The notes: generated by a model from the letters alone, not told the origin. A stretch of 64,000 nucleotides of DNA from Paraspadella gotoi (GCA_051294375.1 CM119269.1:3844932-3908931), one strand, 5' to 3'; positions 27,573 through 41,758 are shown, numbered from the stretch's first letter. Program-made: numbers and translations.

Positions 27573-30222
27573 GGGTGAGGACGGCAGCTGGAATCTTAGG
27601 AAAGGTGAGGCACTTTGATACTCGACTAGAGTTTTAGAAAAGATGAAGCTGGTTGAATCGGCCTCCCGCTCGAATTTTAACAAAGGGTGAGGCGTTTCGC
27701 TTAAATCTAACAGAGAGTAAGGCTTTAGTCTGAGATTCATGCTAGGAAAAGTAAGGATTTCCGATGCAAATCTCGGATCACGTCTAGAATACTAATAAAT
27801 TTTCTTCGCATCGCGCGTTGGTAAGGAATTGTTCCAATCAACGCTCTGCCTTTTTACGATTCCCATTTCCTTTACTCTCTTTTTCAAATCTCATTAATCG
27901 TCACGTTCCTATCAGGAATTCCTAACCAACGGGATCCCTTACATTCGAAAAGCTCTGCGTACCACATATGATTTGTTTGGCTCTGCATACTTTGGGTTGT
28001 CCAACGAGAACAAAGGTCGCTCGACATATTTTCGAACCTCGAACCTCATCGAACTTCATATTCATAATCCTAAAAAAAACAAAAAAAAAAAAACAACAAA
28101 AGTACATCAAATATTAACGGAACGCAACTCGCTACGTAAACATGAGTAGATCTTTAGCGGTAGTAATTCTAAATGTGATGAATTCGTGCTTTCGCCGGAG
28201 ATTTGGAGGTCGGTAAATCTCAACAAAACAAATCTCAAAACAAATCTCAACAAAACAAAAAAATGACTATAAACTGATTCGAAAAAAATAATATTTGCTT
28301 TTGAATATTTTGATGGGTTAATACAATTGAATTAAATATGATACATGCAATAAAATAATCAAAATTTTCGAGTAAGATTTGAAAATCTAACTTATTTGAC
28401 GCCATCAATTAAAAAAAGACGTCGGATTTTGTTTAAATTGTTTACCCCAAATCAAGATTTGACGATCTCCAAATCGATTAATTTCAATAAATGCGTTATT
28501 AACATATTATAAATTAGCAGGACCAAAACGCGTATTTTACGTCCCTACCCCCTCTCTGTTATTGTTAACATTCGTTTCAACAAGTTTGCCTGACATCGTC
28601 GTACCATTTTTTTTTATTGTTACGGTGCCGGCCTTCATCTAGCCTAGCCGGACTTATTAACATTTACGTTTACATTCAATTACAATTTGTCAATTTAAAA
28701 AAAAAGTAAAGCAAAACTCGTTGTTTACTAGGAACCGTCGTCGCGTAACGGGACATCGCGCCCGCGGGAACTCTCTTATCTATTTCAAGAGTCCCCATGT
28801 TCATCTTTGTTCTCTGCTACCCCCATCCCCATAAAAATGTATTGTTAGGTCATTTTTAAGGAGTCATTCCCCGGACGTATTTGAATTTTGTTTCGATCGG
28901 GCTTCCGATAGGAAGGGCAATTAGATCAAATTCGCGGTATTCCTATGACTAAATAACCTTTCCCGTCAATTCAATGAATTTTTTTTTCCTTTAGAAAAAC
29001 AAACAAAACAAACAAAAATACAAAAAAAAAAACGAAAACAAAAAGAGAAACCAGCAACGGTCGATTTCTTTTGCCCAGTATCAACTTGTAACCATTTCTA
29101 CATCACCGTATACATTTTTCGATATCTGTATACTGTATAGTTCTGTCCCTGTTAACCAACCAAAGTTCGTAAACGCTTGTTGAAGTCACGTTTTTATTTC
29201 GCTCGGGCGTCGAGCGGTTTTCCTTTTTTTTTCGCAAGGGTGCCCTCACCCTTCTCTCATTTTCGCAACTACAAAAACAATTCGATCATAGATGCGTAGA
29301 ACAAACTGGGTTTTTCTCTTTCTAGTCATGTAATCGCCATATTCTTTTCATGTTTATCGGTGTTTAAACTCGTTGGGAACGTACGTATTTACTTTCTCCA
29401 TTGTACGAAGCTTATGTGCTAAACATATTCATCGCATTAAAATACATAATCATTACAGCTGCCTTTGTTCAAGTGAATTAAGTTCGAGGGATTTTATTTT
29501 TATTTAAAATTCGTAAAACATAATGCGAAAAGATTTGTTTTGTAAAAAAAACACGGTGAGTCTTGTTCATGATGTGAGTTGATGAAATTCGAAAAAAAAA
29601 AAAAATATTTGAAAAGTCATTACAAGCGTTTGTGCTTTTCCTTGGTTGTTCCTATGTTTTCATTCTGGAATACTTGACGGTAGTTTCTGTCCTCTATTGA
29701 TCCGTTGCTAAACAACCGGCTCAATGTCATAAAATGAGCATCGAGTTCAGAAATCCTAGTGATTCCGAGCGGGAATGTGCTATATACCAAATAGCTTCCA
29801 AATTTTAATGCATTTATTATAGATAAGCAACTAATTTGTAGAAAAAAGAATGTCACAAGACCCCTAAACGAATAAATTTAAAGAATTAAAACTAAAATAT
29901 TCAATTAAATAAGTTAAAAAGCGGTTAATACGAATGAAAATAAACTAAATAGATTACCATACAAAACATTTCGCAAATAGCAACCCATAAAGCATAAAGC
30001 ATAAAGCATAAAGCATAACCTCATAAAGTATAACCTCACTGATATCATCTGTTTCCATCAGCTTTCCCCTCCATTTCTCTCCCACGGGGTCATTACCTCT
30101 TCCTGCCCCCCTCTGCCTCACCTTCCGTCCCCACCCTCTCAGCTTGCTTTCCCCCCCTCTTTCCGTCGCAGCTGCGGACGACGAACTTGGCCGGAAACGA
30201 ATCCTCCGATCGAGACGACGAA

Positions 30223-30254
<32 letters not shown>

Positions 30255-30395
30255 AGCACTCGTGTGATTTATAGTCGTCGTCCTCTTAATTTGAGTTCAT
30301 TTTCGTCTTCATCATCGTCGCCCTTTATGTCGTCGTTGTCATTGTATTTGTCGCTCTCCTCGTCAACATTGTCCGTCTCGTTTTGGCTGAGTCGT

Positions 30396-30510
<115 letters not shown>

Positions 30511-30779
30511 TGGAGGGGGAGACAAAAAAGTCAAGAAAGAATCCCTCTAGGCAAAATAAGTTAATGATGGGAATTTTGTAGTAAAACTGTTAGCGAATGT
30601 GAATTTCGTGTATTTTAAAGCAATTCATTTTTTGATTTTACTAAATGTATTAAAAGGTATACGTCTTGGAATCCACTCGACGCATCGTAAATAGTATTGC
30701 CGTAGTACTATGGTTAGGCATGTTTTTATTCAAGAAAGATTCTATTTTTGACGGAAATTAGACATATTGACGGAGACGA

Positions 30780-30780
<1 letters not shown>

Positions 30781-30831
<51 letters not shown>
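30781..30831. repeat. (GCG)n trinucleotide repeat, ~17 units
   Basis: Directly visible. Confidence 0.95.
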
Positions 30832-30832
<1 letters not shown>

Positions 30833-32024
30833 AGTCTTCATTCTTGACGAAAACGGTTTTTGACTTTTTGACTGCGAAATTCGATCATGCGTTTCGGAGA
30901 GACGACGGCCTCGGCGAAGGAGACGAAGTCTGTGACGACGACGATAACGACGACGAAAACGACGACGACCCACTCGGCGTCCGTCGTGGAGATGACCACG
31001 ACGCCAAGGAAGACGACGACGTCGACAATGGTCTTCTCTGTTTCCTTACCCCCGATGTTCCGGGTAAGTCATCTGTCTCTAATTGAGGGGGACTCCATTT
31101 GCTTAAGAATCAATTAGGTTGCTAATTTCCTTTTTCTTTTCTCTTCCTTTTTGCTCGTCCCCTTAAATAATTTTTTTTCTCTCTTTTTTTTTTTTCTCGA
31201 TAAATTAATAAATAATAGGACGAGCGCCACATTGATCGGTTCGGCCAGAAATGATTTAACGTTAGCGACGCTCGTAATTCAGAGGGGATAAAATGAGTTC
31301 GTTTAATTAAATCTTTTTTTTATACTAAAGAATAATCGTTTGTTTGCGTACATTTTTTTGGTGGGGGGGAGGGGGTGGGAATAACAATTTTACAGTAAAT
31401 GTAATCTGACCTCGAAGAAGTGACATTAGTTTTGACAATTTTTTTTATTATTTGGATATTTATGAATCAAAAATATGCCGAATTATTCGAGAAGTAAAAA
31501 TAGCACAAAATCATGAAGGATTTCTAGTAGAGTCAGAATCAAATAAGTTAGAATGACTTCAATATTCTTAATTTAAAGCTTTTCTTTTCGTGACTGTATT
31601 TTCTCAATGCTGCGTTAGTATTAATGTCGCTTCGTCGTTTCAAGGTCGTTTTTGTAAGTTACTTTAGTTTTTTGTAAAAGTCAAGTTAATGGTGGTTCGC
31701 ATTGTTGTAAAATATATGTATGTCTATCTGTATATATGCAAAATATATAATATATTAAAATTTGTAAAATTACTTGTTTCACTATTTTCTATTTTTTATA
31801 TTTTATAAAGGCTTTACTATTTAATTTATATTAATTAATTATATATATTGCTTTTTAAAAAAATTTCACTTATAATTATATCTAATATAATATAATATAA
31901 TAAATATATAATTTATACAAAATTTTAAAATAATTTACTTAATTTTTCTTAATTTCAAATCTATTTTAGCATTAGTTTTGGTTTCCGTATTCGTTATTTC
32001 CATCCGTCTTGCCTCTTTTTCCTC

Positions 32025-32984
32025 CTAATCCGATTCTCCTTCTTCCTCCAACTTTTTCTCCTCCATCTTCTTCGCGTATCCCTTAACGAGGGTGACGACG
32101 AGGATGGCGCCGAAGATCACGGCCACGCCTATCGCCTCCATGGTCGTCGGCGTCTCCCCGAAGTAGGCGGCGGCCATGAGCGTCGTTGTGGCGATAGAAC
32201 CCGCGTGGATGATGTTGACGAGAACGCCCGCGATGCCTTCATCAAAATCCTCCAACTCGATGCAGCCAACCAGTTCGGCCAGAGTGTAAACCGTAGAAAT
32301 GACGCCGACGAGCACCGCCGCACCCGACGCCTTCGGTGGCGCCGAATAGAACGGCGCCGGGCCGCCGGCGATGCCGACGCATATGCAGGCGACGCCGGTG
32401 CCGGAGAACAGGCGCACGACATGGAAATTGGACCAGTGTTCGTCGGCTGTGGCGCCAAATATGAAAGGAACGATGAGACATGTGATAGAGATGGCGCCAG
32501 CGAGGACGTAAGCGTAAACGGGAGCGGAGAGAGGAATGCCGAAGAGAAATGGCGGATGCGCCAGCAACAGTATTCCAGCTGCCGCCGCTACGACGCCACC
32601 CACATCGACGAGGGAGACGCAGCGGCGTCGCAGCACCGCCGTTATCGCCGGCGCCAGGAGAATTCCGACGCAGGCGATGGCGGTGAAGGCGCCGAGGGGC
32701 ATGACGGCGGCGGCGGCGCGCCACGCCATGAAGTCTAGATTGAGAAGAAGGCCGATGGCGCCGTAGGCTGCCAGGCGGCGTGGCGTTCTCACTGTCCAGT
32801 TTCGACAGGCGATGGGGATCAGCGGCAGCGTGCTCAGGGTCTCTCCGACGAAGAGGTAGACGAACGCGACGGGCGTAGATAGCGGCGCCGTCGTGCGGAA
32901 AATATTGCTGCAGGCGCTGAGCAGCAGTGCGAAGCAGCAATTGAAGAAGACGCCCAGGACGAGGCTCGAGATGGCGCCAGCCAT
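32025..32984 (-). CDS. DMT/EamA-superfamily multi-pass transporter, SLC35G-like, 319 aa, intronless CDS
   Basis: About 10 hydrophobic segments in two EamA-like halves. Motifs 'MPLGAFTAI', 'GILLLAHPPFLFG' (cf. RPPFLFG in SLC35G proteins) and 'YFGETPTTMEAIGVAVI'. Sharp GC-rich island in AT-rich DNA. Confidence 0.85.
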   Translation of the reverse strand: MAGAISSLVLGVFFNCCFALLLSACSNIFRTTAPLSTPVAFVYLFVGETLSTLPLIPIACRNWTVRTPRRLAAYGAIGLLLNLDFMAWRAAAAVMPLGAFTAIACVGILLAPAITAVLRRRCVSLVDVGGVVAAAAGILLLAHPPFLFGIPLSAPVYAYVLAGAISITCLIVPFIFGATADEHWSNFHVVRLFSGTGVACICVGIAGGPAPFYSAPPKASGAAVLVGVISTVYTLAELVGCIELEDFDEGIAGVLVNIIHAGSIATTTLMAAAYFGETPTTMEAIGVAVIFGAILVVTLVKGYAKKMEEKKLEEEGESD

Positions 32985-33709
32985 TTGGGGGTGGAGGAGG
33001 AGGAAGAAGAAGAGCGGGGGGAAGTTTCGTTCAGAAGAAGAAGTCCAGAGTTTTAAGTCATAGATTTTCGGTATTAACTCTTTGCAAAGAATTGCGACAA
33101 CAGTCGTTTTATTCAGTTATTGTTTTTGATGTGAATTTTTTCTCATCAAAACTCTTGCATTTTTCTCTTAAAGAGTCAACAGAAGAGGATTAGTAAAAAA
33201 TATTAAAATATTTTTAATCGAATGAAAAACGCGGGCGTTTCTATTTCAACTGGTTTCCTCGGTCAAAAGCAGACATCATTCTCGAGTAGGGTGAAGTGAA
33301 AGTTTGGAATCAAAATTTAGCAGTTATATCTTGAAAACTATCATATTAGTGAATACTAATCTGTAGTTATTTTTCTTTTTTTTTATCAATATAGTAGCCT
33401 AGTCAGATTCAGATTCCTCGTTAAAAGTTAATAGAAGAAAGTATAAATCTTTTTTAAAAATTATGTCATTAAGTAGCTTAAAATTATAAAAAACTATATT
33501 TTTAAGCTGGAAATTCAAAATCGGCGTCTTAAATAAAGTTTTTTACATTTTTGACTAACTTAATAAAAGAATTTTTAAAAAAGAATTGTACTTTCTTATG
33601 ACAACTTTTTGCACGGAATCCAAATCCGATCTTAAAATTTAAAAATTTGCATTTTGAAATTTTAGCCTATTATATATATGGTCTTTTCATACAATTGAAA
33701 CATTCTTTG

Positions 33710-33930
33710 AAATATTATACCACTTCATTGATAGGGTAGCCAGGTACTCTGGGATTGAATAAACGAGACTGTGAGAGAGTCTTGATTGAAAGCTTGCAGG
33801 GACCTGCTATGTCATTATCTTGTAAGAGTGATGGGGGCCTTAAACCACCAAAGCCTGTCCAAAGTCAGGGGCAAGATAGCATATTTATTAAATGAATGGA
33901 TAATTTTTATATTGGTTGTACCAATTTCAT
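33710..33930 (+). repeat. dispersed ~210-bp repeat, copy 1 (others at 44152-44354 and, in the noisy duplicate, ~51567-51777)
   Basis: Shared core ...GAATAAACGAGACTGTGAGAGAGTCTTGATTGAAAGCTTGCAGGGACCTGCTATGTCATTAT...AAAGCCTGTCCAAAG...GGGGCAAGATAGC... Confidence 0.85.
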
Positions 33931-34805
33931 ACTTATTACTATATATAAACATAGCTCACTGGTGCCCACTAATGTATAAAATTAAAAAATAAATTTACCA
34001 AAATATTTTTATTAGTTTTTATGTTCATGTTTTATAAGCTAAATTTTAATTTTCTAAAATTTTATCATTTTCACATCACTCTATTCTCGAGTCTCGACTC
34101 GAAAAACCGGATATTCTTGTTCTTACGAAGATAATTACATAAGAATTACTCTTAAATAATGTTTCTTTGGTACTTCTTAGACATAAGTCTTAGAAAGATT
34201 CAATTTATTTGTGGTTTATTAAAACGTCGACGTTGATCAGGTCCTTTGTTTGTTTCCTTTGTTGAAAGAAAAAAAAATATTGATTATAACTTCGAACACA
34301 ACGAATCGAAAGAAAAAAAACAATTCATAATGAGAGCCAATTTGTAATGTTTGACTAATATGTTTGGTTGATTCTATCAACAATGAAATTTTGAAGGTAT
34401 TTTTATTGTCGATAAAGTAATTACTTGTTTGTTTCGAATGATTCCGAAATAGATTCCTCCTTCGTCAACGATCAACACACAGAAACGCACATAAAAAATG
34501 AGCACCGAAATCGTGTTAGGGTGAATTACGACGAGGGCGATCATCCCGAAACCAATTAATAAGCACAATACAATACAGTCATTCAGTACAATTAACCATG
34601 AATGAGACCACAGACAAAAATCTTTTACTGTCTCCTCTTTGTAATCGAAGATGATATCGACGAGAAGAAGACGACGACGATGACGATGACGATGACGATT
34701 TCGACGACGACAACGACGACGACGATGGGGATTCACCGTAATTGTGATGGAACCGTCGTCTGGATCCTCTTCCTCGAGGCAACTGAGAGGACCCTCCACC
34801 GATCG

Positions 34806-34905
<100 letters not shown>

Positions 34906-35130
34906 TCTCCGCTATCGAAAAATCGATATCTCTCTCTGTCTCTCAAACCCGAATCGTCGGCGTTCTCCTCTTCCGTTTTGAAGTTCCTCCCAAAGTGAGA
35001 GGCGGCGTCTTTTGAAGCGACGCCGCTAATCGACCGGCGCCTTTGAAGTGGAACCCGGTCGAGTGGGCGCCGCCATCGACGCTGACACCGGGCGCTTTTT
35101 TGATCTTTTGTTCGCGAGAAACGAGGGGCA

Positions 35131-35161
<31 letters not shown>

Positions 35162-35189
35162 CCTTGGGGTTTTGTGAGAGAGAGCGAGA

Positions 35190-35225
<36 letters not shown>

Positions 35226-36471
35226 TAGGATAGATAGTAAAAGATAAGATGATTGCTGCCTTTGAATTTTGAAATAGATATGAAACTGGCTCATATTTTT
35301 GTGGTGTTTGTTTAGTTTTTCCTTAGGGCGAAACTTTTGAAGAGAGGGCGCGTCTTTGTTTCCAACATCTGGAACTATGTTTATCAGCTGTCAACAATAA
35401 TTTTCTGATGATTTAAAAATCAATTTTTAATATTCCTTTTTAACAAAAAAAAACAAACAAACAAAACAACAACCGACACCCTCATATTTTACCACAGAGC
35501 CACCGCAATCACCTCGTTACTCAAACACCCCCCGCCATCACTCCGCCCAGTCCAATCCCTCCCCGCCACCCAAATAGCTCGTCCACGATCTCCTCAAACA
35601 TCTCCCTCTTTCTGATCGAAAAAGGCGAAGCGAGACAAAGAGACACAGTTCCAACTCTTCGTTTAGTTAAATTCATCTCAATGTTGTTCCGATTATTATT
35701 TATTTCCCTCGGGCCATTTGTTTATTTTCGATCCCTTGCTCTTTTGTTGACGATTTTCTTCTCCCGCCACTTCAAGCATCGCTTCCAGCCTTTTTAGTCG
35801 TTGTTGTTTTTAAACGGCGAGGCTATTTCTTCTTATGAATTACAGCATCATCTCATTTCCGCACGCGACGACCGAATTTCGCCAACGACGATGACGACGA
35901 CAAAAATGAAAAGATAACAGACTCAGGATTAAAATGGCCGTCAATCGTAAAAGGGTCGAGGTGAATGAAGTATACACATTTTGAAAGAATTCTTCTTTTT
36001 TTGACCGGGGGGGGGGTTGATTTGATTTGAGGGTAAGTAAGATCGATGAATATACTCAAGCTTATACTAAATCAACCAAATTAGAAATACTTCATATTAT
36101 ATTAGTGAATGACAAACAAATGGGCTTTGAAGAGTGTCGTCATTCAAATATTTTCTTTCTTATTCGTTTTCTTATCTTATCGGTTAAAACGATTAAGAAA
36201 CGTGGACGACCTTTCGCCTTCCGTTTCCAAATATTGTCAAATTAGTAACGCTTTTTCCATTAAGAAACTGTTACAAATTATAGAACGGAACGATTAAGAG
36301 GTTCACCGGATAACGTGACCCAGTGAGAAGAGGCTGTGTGTGACTCCGGTTTCGTAACCTTACGAGATCTCTGGCTGCATCCACACACAACGTAAATTTT
36401 CTTTAGTACAACTGGAAATTTTGGTGAAAGAAAAAGTTAAATTTACGGATTGCCCTCATTCTCTTACGACA

Positions 36472-36735
36472 TTTGATCTCAAAAATAAATAAATACCTTA
36501 TTACGTTGTAGGCTGGATCCAAAACGTAAATAAATAAATAAATCGAAATAACACGATAAAAACTATAATTTTGGCTAACAGCTAAAGCTTCAATGTTAGA
36601 CTTTTGATCTCAAAAATAATTAAATACCTTATTACGTTGTCGGCTGGATCCACAACGTAAATAAATAAATAAATCGAAATCAAACACGAAGAAAACTATA
36701 ATTTTCGCTAACAGCTCAAGCTTCAATGTTAGACT
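36472..36735. repeat. tandem duplication of ~131 bp immediately upstream of the ABCB start codon
   Basis: 36472-36602 and 36603-36735 are near-identical, differing mostly by substitutions. Confidence 0.9.
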
Positions 36736-36820
36736 AAACTGTCGAAAAACAAAAGAAACAAAATACAGAACAAATCGAACTCGAATAATACTATAATACT
36801 TTTAAACTTGCTTCTATACA

Positions 36821-39160
36821 ATGCCTCCCGCTTTGAAAAGCTCGGAAAGAGAGCCACTGATATCAGGTAAGAGTTTTATTATTTAGGAAGTTAATATAAA
36901 CAATTAAACATACTCTCAAATAGTAATAATAATTAATATTTATTATTAATAATTACAATATTATTAAATAATCATTCCCAACACAGTTTAAAAACAATAT
37001 TTCAACAACATTATTCGACAATATTGTTGTTAAATAAAACCTGTTTTAGTCCCGTACAAATTTCTCTTTTAAAAATATCGACTGAAGGAAGAACTCTGTG
37101 ATGAGAATAACGTCTTTGACGTCGCCGGTTCTCCGAACCCGTTTCGCATCCTTTCTGCCAATAGCGTTAGATTCTTTTCTCACCGACCAATCAGAGTGGA
37201 CGGTTTCTCCATTCAATTCGATTCGAACTTACTTTTTTTTTTCGTGCAGGCGATCCTTCGGTGAAAGTCAGTCAGAATAACTACAACTCTGCGGATTTCG
37301 CCAAAAGCAGTAGCGCCAGTCATGAATCTGGGGATTTGCGCCATCGAGTAAGTTTGCGCCATCGAGTAAGTTATGTACGAACGCATCCGACCTTGGGAGT
37401 TCTTATTACCGCACCGTTGTTCAATTATTATTTACGTAGCTTTTATATAAAGGTTTTATTCATGTTTGCAGTCAGATTGGCAATGTTTCCTACGCTGACA
37501 GCGCATTTATTTCGGCTTTCTTAATATAAATAATGATTTTTTTCTAAATTTTTGCTTTATTTTGATTATGAAGCTAAATTTTTAACGAGGAAATAATTTA
37601 ACATTAATTCTTATCTTTGAGAACGTTTTTGTTATTCAGCTAGGATTCGCTTTACGCTTTGTTTGATATCCTTTTATTGCAGCTTTTAATTCTCTCATCG
37701 CTCTTTTGTTTCTCTTCAGACCCCGCAGCCCCGCGTCAGCGCCGCCTCTCCACCACTGCGTCGCTACGTGGGTCCGCGACCGAAAGGAGTCGATTACCTT
37801 CTCTGGGTCATCGTCGTTGACGTCATCTTCACCTTCGTTCTTTGGCTCACGGGTCCGTCTGTCTTTCTAACTCTTTGTTTTCTTCCCTCAGTCTTTATGT
37901 CCGTCTCTCTGTTCTGTCCTTTCCGTTTATATGCATATCGCTATCGGACTCCTTCCCTCTTTCTGTTTATCCCTCTGTCAGCGTCTTTCTACGAATCTCT
38001 ATCTCTATCTGTCTATCCCTTTCTCCCTTAACTCCCCGAATCTAACATCGTCTTCCCTCTGAACTCAGGCGCGAACTCGGAACATTTCGTCGCCGAATCC
38101 ATAACCTCCTTCCACTTTGAGTCTTCCGTCTTCGACTTGGCGCTCCTCGGCGCCCTAAAGAGCGCCGCTTTCTTTCCTCTCGTCGCCGCCGTTGAATCCG
38201 GCGCCCTCAAAAAGATCACCTGCAACACTGTCGTCGAATTCAGGTTTCGTTGTTAAGTACGACGTTGGTCGCCGATGCTTCCATGTCTTTCGCTTTTGTT
38301 CACTAACCACTTGAGGTTTAATTTATTCTATCCTTTGAGAGTCTCTATTACTTTTTACTTTCGTCATATTTATATTTATATTTATAATTATTTATATTTA
38401 TTTATTTAATTTTTATTTTTTCTCCGCTCAGATCCCCACGTCGTCGTCTTTTATCAGAAGATACGGGCTTCGTCGCCGTCGTCGTCTTCGTCGTCGTCGA
38501 CTTTTTATTCGTTTTCGTGAAAGCTTGTTACGTCTTGGACGCTTACGTGCAGGTAACTGCTACACTTACTTATATTGACTCTTTTCGTTCTTGTATCTTA
38601 ACGTGCAATATTCGCTTTACAAACCCTTCTCAGGATGAATCTTATGAACCCATGTCCGCAGAGTGGAACTCTCTCCTAGCGCTGAACATCGTGTTCGTTG
38701 TGCCGCAAATCGTGCTGATCTGGTTGCTGCCACCAAAAATCAGAAGAATGCAGCAACATCAGAAGGAGGTCTTGCTTAAAGAGAAAGAGGTCGGTCAGAA
38801 GATCAATCGCAACCCTGCTTCAAAAGAGGCGAAGGCTTAAGCTTAGGCTTGGCGATGTGCTAATCTGTAGGTCGACCCATAATAGCATTAAATTTTTGCT
38901 GTACAGGAGGCGGAGGCGGCCGGTAATTCGCAAGCCGAGGAACCGAAGAAAAAACCTAATTTGGGTCGTTTGCTGCGGATGGCGAAACCAGAACTGCCGC
39001 TCATCCTTACGGGACTCGTCTTTCTTTGCGGCAGCTCTGGTTCGCAAATGGTAAGTTTCTCGGAGTCTCGTTTGGTTAGGTTTCAATGGAGCTCTTCTTA
39101 AAGAGATTGGACGAAAGGTTTTGACCAATCAGTGCCCATTATTTAGTATACAACTCATTA

Positions 39161-39194
<34 letters not shown>

Positions 39195-41692
39195 CCTCTC
39201 TCTCTCTCTCCCCTCCTCCTCTCTCTCCCTCTCTCTTCTCTTCCCTCTCTCTCCCCTTATTCCCTCTCAGGTCTCCCCTTTATTCTTCGGCAAAGTGGTC
39301 GATGCCTCCATGACTTCGACGGACGACTTGGCGGAGACGGCCCTGACCCTTCTCGGAATCTACTTGGCCGCCAACTTCTGCGGATTCTTGAGGTCGTGGA
39401 TCTTCACTCTGGCCGGAGAGAGATTCGTGGCCAGAGTCAGGAGGAGAACGTTCATCTCCATCATCAATCAGGTTTTTAATTCATTGGATTAGATTCATTG
39501 GATTAGATTCATTGGATTAGATTCATTGGATTAGATTCATTGGATTAGATTCTTTGACTTGATTCAGTGAATCTCTAAATAGATTTGATAGAATTGTCAC
39601 AAAGGAATCTACTGAACTGATTTGACAGCATGACTTCATTGATTTAACTGATTGATTTGAATAAATTGATTAACTTGATTACCCTGATAGACTTCGGTGA
39701 CCTAATTGACCAAATTGACTCGACATCGATCCATCCATTCCACCCCCCCCCAACCCAACCCCCTTTCCTAAAGGACGTCGGTTTCTTCGACTCCACCAAA
39801 ACGGGCGAATTGACGAACCGCTTGGCCTCCGACACTCAAGTCATCCAAAACGCCGTCACCGTAAACATCTCCATGCTCGTCCGCTACACGCTGCAGATCG
39901 TCGGCTCCATCGTCCTCATGTTCGGCCTCTCTGCCCGACTGACGGGCGTCCTCCTCGCCGTGGTGCCCGTCGTCTCGCTGGCCAGCGTCGTCTACGGCAA
40001 ATTTATCGGGCGAATTAGGAAAAAGTATCAGGACAAGTTGGCTGTGGCGGGGGCGACGGCGGAGGAGAGCATTTCGCAGGTTGGTTGGTTGGTTGCTTGC
40101 TTGCTTGCTTGCTATCACTATCTTAACTATCTTATTCCCCAACACATTCCCACCCTTTAGGTGCGGACAGTCCGCGCCTTCGCTGCCGAACAGAGAACGA
40201 TCGAAGCGTACAGCGAAGATATTAACGCCACGTACGCCATGGGAAAAAAGTTGGCGTTGTTGAATGGGATCTTTCAAGGTGGCAGAGGGTTCACAGATTT
40301 TCATTTTCAAAAAAAAAAAAGGAAACTCCGGCTTTTAATGATAATTTTTCTTGCCAGGCATGGTGGGAGCGCTGGCCTTTGGCTCAATAACCCTTGTTCT
40401 CTGGTACGGTGGGACGCTCGTCTACCAGAAAGAACTCACCCCTGGAGTCCTCACCTCCTTTCTCATGTACACCCTGACGGTAATGAGAAAGTAAACGTTA
40501 AAAGTACAATTATCAAGTTAAAAAGAGAAAGTTAACACAACATTAACAAAATATATTGCTAAGCGTTCTAAAGTTCCCCCACGCCATCTCTCCATTTCCC
40601 CCACGCCATCTTCTCCATTTCCCCCACGCCATCTTCTCCATTTCCCCACGCCATCTTCTCCATTTCCCCCACGCCATCTTCTCCATTTCCCCCACGCCAT
40701 CTTCTCCATTTCCCCCACGCCATCTTCTCCATTTCCCCACGCCATCTTCTCCATTTCCCCACGCCATCTTCTCCATTTCCCCCACGCCATCTTCTCCATT
40801 TCCCCACGCCATCTTCTCCATTTCCCCCACGCCATCTTCTCCATTTCCTCCAGGTGGCCATGGCCTTCGCCTTTCTCGCTGGCCTCTACGGCGACTTCAT
40901 GCAGGCCGTCGGCGCCTCCGTCCGGATCTTCGAACTCATGGACCGGAAGCCGGAAATCGCCGTCAGCGGAGGAGAAGCGGACGACGACATCCACGGGGGG
41001 ATCGAGTTCGAGAAGGTGAGGTTATGGGGGTAAGGAGCTAATGGGCTGATATGGAAAAGCGGAGGCAAAATGGCGGAGGGTGAGGAATCGATTTGAAAGG
41101 TGATTTAGAGACGACAAAATGTAGCGATGTTATCATAAACCCAATATCCTGACACTATTAATTTCATCTTTCCCCAACAGGTCTGTTTCACCTACCCGAC
41201 GAGAAAAGACACCAAAGTTTTGTCCGACGTCAGTTTCAAAGTAGATCCGGGTCAAGTGAGTGATTCCCAAACCTCAATTCTTTTATTAATTAATACATTA
41301 TTTATTTATTTTTCTTATTTTTCTAAATTTTTCTTCTTACCGGTTTAACCATCCTTCCCTTTCCCGCCATCTTAAGGTCGTCGCCCTTGTCGGTCCCTCT
41401 GGCGGCGGAAAATCGACCATCGTTCAACTTTTGGAGAAATTTTATGTCCCTGAATCCGGAAACATTTACATCGGAGGTAAGTTATTAAAAACTATAAGGT
41501 TTTTATATGTTTTATATGTTTTATATGTTTTATATGTTTTTCAGGTGAAAACGTGTCTAAACTTGACCCGTCCTGGATGCGGCAACGAGTTATGTCCCTC
41601 GTTTCTCAGGTTTGAAGGAAGGGGGAAGAAAGGAAAAGGAAAGGAAAAGGAAAGGAAAGGCTTCCACCTCCGTTCTTTAATTAATGAATGGA

Positions 41693-41758
<66 letters not shown>

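Noticed and set aside
32129-32940. Alternative-frame and antisense ORFs overlapping the SLC35G-like gene
   Set aside because: Expected shadows of a GC-rich coding sequence.
40518-41041. Repetitive ORFs (MEKMAWG..., PHAIFSIS...) and a CRISPR-like appearance
   Set aside because: An intronic 22/23-bp minisatellite with no spacers, in a eukaryotic context.
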